Shown here one piece after another: positions 62,115-64,000 of a stretch of 64,000 bases of DNA. Each line of letters starts with the position of its first letter. Position 1 is the stretch's first letter. The position numbers were made by a program, and so were the translations under genes. Under the pieces are notes generated by a model. The model made no database searches. It worked only from the letters and a program-made list of their open reading frames with translations, and was not told where the DNA came from. Origin of the DNA: an uncultured Gemmatimonadales bacterium (GTDB lineage Bacteria > Gemmatimonadota > Gemmatimonadetes > Gemmatimonadales > GWC2-71-9). Location: the NCBI GenBank assembly GCA_963842945.1, contig CAWJIM010000023.1:256001-320000 (forward strand), written 5' to 3'.

Positions 62115-63518
62115 ATGGCCACAAAGGTCGTCATGGAGGCCCTCTCTCCCACCATGGAAGAGGGGCGTCTGGTCGAATGGAAAAAGCAGGAGGGCGAGCC
62201 GGTTACCGTCGGCGATGTCCTGGCTGAGGTCGAGACTGACAAGGCGGTGATGGAGTTGGTGGCCCGCGCCGGCGGGACGCTGCTCAAGCACATCGTCGAG
62301 GCCGGAGCCACGGTTCCGGTGTCGGAGCCCGTGGCGGTGATTGGGGAGCCGGGAGAGGACGGGGGGGAAGTGGGGAAGCAGGGAGGCGGGGATGGTGGGA
62401 AGCGAGACGGCGGGGCCGCGGGGCAGCGGGACGGCGGGGCAGATGGACAGCGCGCCGGCAAAACGCAGTCTCAACCGGCCCGATCACAGGCGACCCAGCC
62501 TGCCCCAGCTCGGGATCAGCCCACATCCATGCCGCCGGCCCCCCCAGCTCGGGCCGCGACCGAGACGTCCGGGGCGGTGGCCCAACCGTCTCCTGCTGCA
62601 CGCACCGCCGGTTCCCCGGCAGCAGCGGGAGGTCGGGTCAAGGCATCGCCTCTGGCCAAGCGAATGGCCGCTGAGCGTGGGGTCGATCTTACTGCGCTGG
62701 CCGGCTCCGGTCCGGAAGGACGGATCATTGCACGAGATCTAGCCAGTATGCCCGAGGCCACCTCCGGCGCAGTGGCCCCCGCATCCCTGCCCCGCCGCCC
62801 CGCCGCCCCGCTCACACCCTATACAGATGTTCCCCTCACTCAGATCCGAAAGACCATCGCCCGGCGTCTGGCCCAATCCATCGGGCCCATTCCCACGTTC
62901 TATCTCACCAGCGAAGTAGACATGGAACGGCTCTGGGACTCGAGGGAAGCGCTGGCGGCCGGGCAGCGCGGCGGCGGTGAAGCGGGACAGCAGGTCAAGG
63001 TCTCGTTCAACGACATCATCATCAAGGCGGTGGCCATGGCTCTCCGCCAGCACCCGGCGTGCAATGCCTGGTGGCAGGAGGACCATATCCGCTACTGGAA
63101 CGAAGTCCACGTCAGCATGGCTGTCGCGATCGAGGAGGGGCTCATCACGCCGGTGATCCGGCATGCCGATCAAAAGGGGTTGCGGGAGATTGCCGCGGAA
63201 ACGAGGGACTTGGCCGGCCGGGCACGCGAGCGGCGGCTCAAACCTGAGGAGTACACCGGTGGCACCTTCTCCGTCTCCAATCTGGGCATGCTGGACATCG
63301 ACGAGTTCACCGCGGTAATCAATCCGCCGGAAGCGGGAATTCTGGCGGTGGGTCGGATCGTGCGGAAGCCGGTAGCCGAACAGGAGCAGGTGGTCCTGCG
63401 CCGGCGCATGCGCATCACCATGTCGTGCGACCACCGGGTGATCGACGGGGCCACGGGTGCGCAGTTTCTCCAGACCTTGAAGGGGATGCTGGAAAATCCG
63501 CTGGCGCTGGTGTGGTAA
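62115..63518 (+). CDS. pdhC: Pyruvate dehydrogenase E2 dihydrolipoamide acetyltransferase
   Basis: Lipoyl domain EVETDKA, PSBD KASPLAKR...GSGPEGRI, catalytic DHRVIDG. Confidence 0.96.
   Translation: MATKVVMEALSPTMEEGRLVEWKKQEGEPVTVGDVLAEVETDKAVMELVARAGGTLLKHIVEAGATVPVSEPVAVIGEPGEDGGEVGKQGGGDGGKRDGGAAGQRDGGADGQRAGKTQSQPARSQATQPAPARDQPTSMPPAPPARAATETSGAVAQPSPAARTAGSPAAAGGRVKASPLAKRMAAERGVDLTALAGSGPEGRIIARDLASMPEATSGAVAPASLPRRPAAPLTPYTDVPLTQIRKTIARRLAQSIGPIPTFYLTSEVDMERLWDSREALAAGQRGGGEAGQQVKVSFNDIIIKAVAMALRQHPACNAWWQEDHIRYWNEVHVSMAVAIEEGLITPVIRHADQKGLREIAAETRDLAGRARERRLKPEEYTGGTFSVSNLGMLDIDEFTAVINPPEAGILAVGRIVRKPVAEQEQVVLRRRMRITMSCDHRVIDGATGAQFLQTLKGMLENPLALVW
62361..62456 (+). repeat. In-frame array of 12 degenerate octamers in the E2 linker
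   Basis: Period-8 units such as GGCGGGGA, GGCGGGGC, AGCGGGAC; 96 nt = 32 codons. Confidence 0.75.
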
Positions 63519-63605
63519 AAGCGTGAACAGTAAACGGTCAACAGTGAACGGGGCCTGCGATCTGGACAGCCCGTTTACTGTTCACCGTTCACCGTTCACG
63601 CTTTT
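63517..63605. repeat. Inverted heptamer tandem-repeat hairpin (GTGAACR-like x4 / CGTTCAC-like x4)
   Basis: AAAAGC+GTGAACA GTAAACG GTCAACA GTGAACG pairs with CGTTTAC TGTTCAC CGTTCAC CGTTCAC+GCTTTT; lies between pdhC and lpdA. Confidence 0.9.
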
Positions 63606-63625
63606 TCTAACCGAAGAGGGAGTCC

Positions 63626-64000
63626 GTGGCAAATACGTACGACGTGATCATCGTTGGCGGAGGACCGGCAGGCTATGTCTGCGCCATCCGGGCGGCCCAG
63701 CTCGGCCTTGCTACGGCCGTCATCGAGCGAGACAAGCTCGGAGGGGTATGCGTCAACATCGGCTGCATCCCCACCAAGGCGCTGCTGCACAGCGCGTATG
63801 TCGCCAACCTCGTGAGTCACGATGCCAAGGAACTGGGTGTCGAGGTCGGGACCGTTAAGACCGACTACGGTGTCGCCATGCGTCGTTCCCGCCGGGTCTC
63901 GGAGCAGAACTCCAAGGGCGTCGAGTTTCTCATGAAGAAGCACAAGGTTGCCGTGATCAAGGGCAGCGGCGTGCTCGGGCCCAATCGCACAGTCAAGGTG
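63626..64000 (+). CDS. lpdA: Dihydrolipoamide dehydrogenase, 5' part (truncated by the window edge)
   Basis: Manual translation from GTG: YDVIIVGGGPAGYVCAIRAAQLG, LGGVCVNIGCIPTKALL; GGGAG RBS. Confidence 0.95.
   Translation, partial: MANTYDVIIVGGGPAGYVCAIRAAQLGLATAVIERDKLGGVCVNIGCIPTKALLHSAYVANLVSHDAKELGVEVGTVKTDYGVAMRRSRRVSEQNSKGVEFLMKKHKVAVIKGSGVLGPNRTVKV

Noticed and set aside
61058..63605. Repeated GTAAACG/GTTCAC units as a CRISPR array
   Set aside because: Units are 7 nt, directly tandem, with no spacers and no cas genes.

Overview
High-GC bacterial chromosomal DNA. Gene content and style suggest Gemmatimonadota (inference only). No rRNA, tRNA, CRISPR, prophage or transposase was recognised. 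Many genes carry single-base frameshifts, clustered at 1-6 kb, 30-32 kb and 43-49 kb; these look like read or assembly indels rather than true pseudogenes. In order, the window holds: an FAD oxidoreductase plus glycoside hydrolase cluster; the ligase-associated DNA damage response operon (exonuclease, ATP ligase, Lhr-core helicase, PdeM) with an MBL-fold gene inserted; a DGPF/ECF42 operon with its cognate promoter; an M3 peptidase; a Ser/Thr kinase; an ECF/anti-sigma/Spy-like/intradiol-dioxygenase-like module; an unknown membrane protein plus vWA lipoprotein pair; cydAB; a PspA-like/DUF1028/POT operon; a hybrid kinase and glycosyltransferase cluster; thiO; a periplasmic PQQ dehydrogenase module; and lipA-pdhA-pdhB-pdhC-lpdA. 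Three observations stand out. (1) A family of long hairpins built from about 4+4 inverted 7-8-nt tandem units sits at gene junctions, and the same units invade protein linkers in frame. (2) The PQQ dehydrogenase has a DxD (lanthanide-type) motif and neighbours a sulfocyanin-like cupredoxin whose axial Met is replaced by Glu, plus an OFA antiporter and a porin. (3) The membrane protein plus vWA lipoprotein operon is uncharacterised as far as I can tell.
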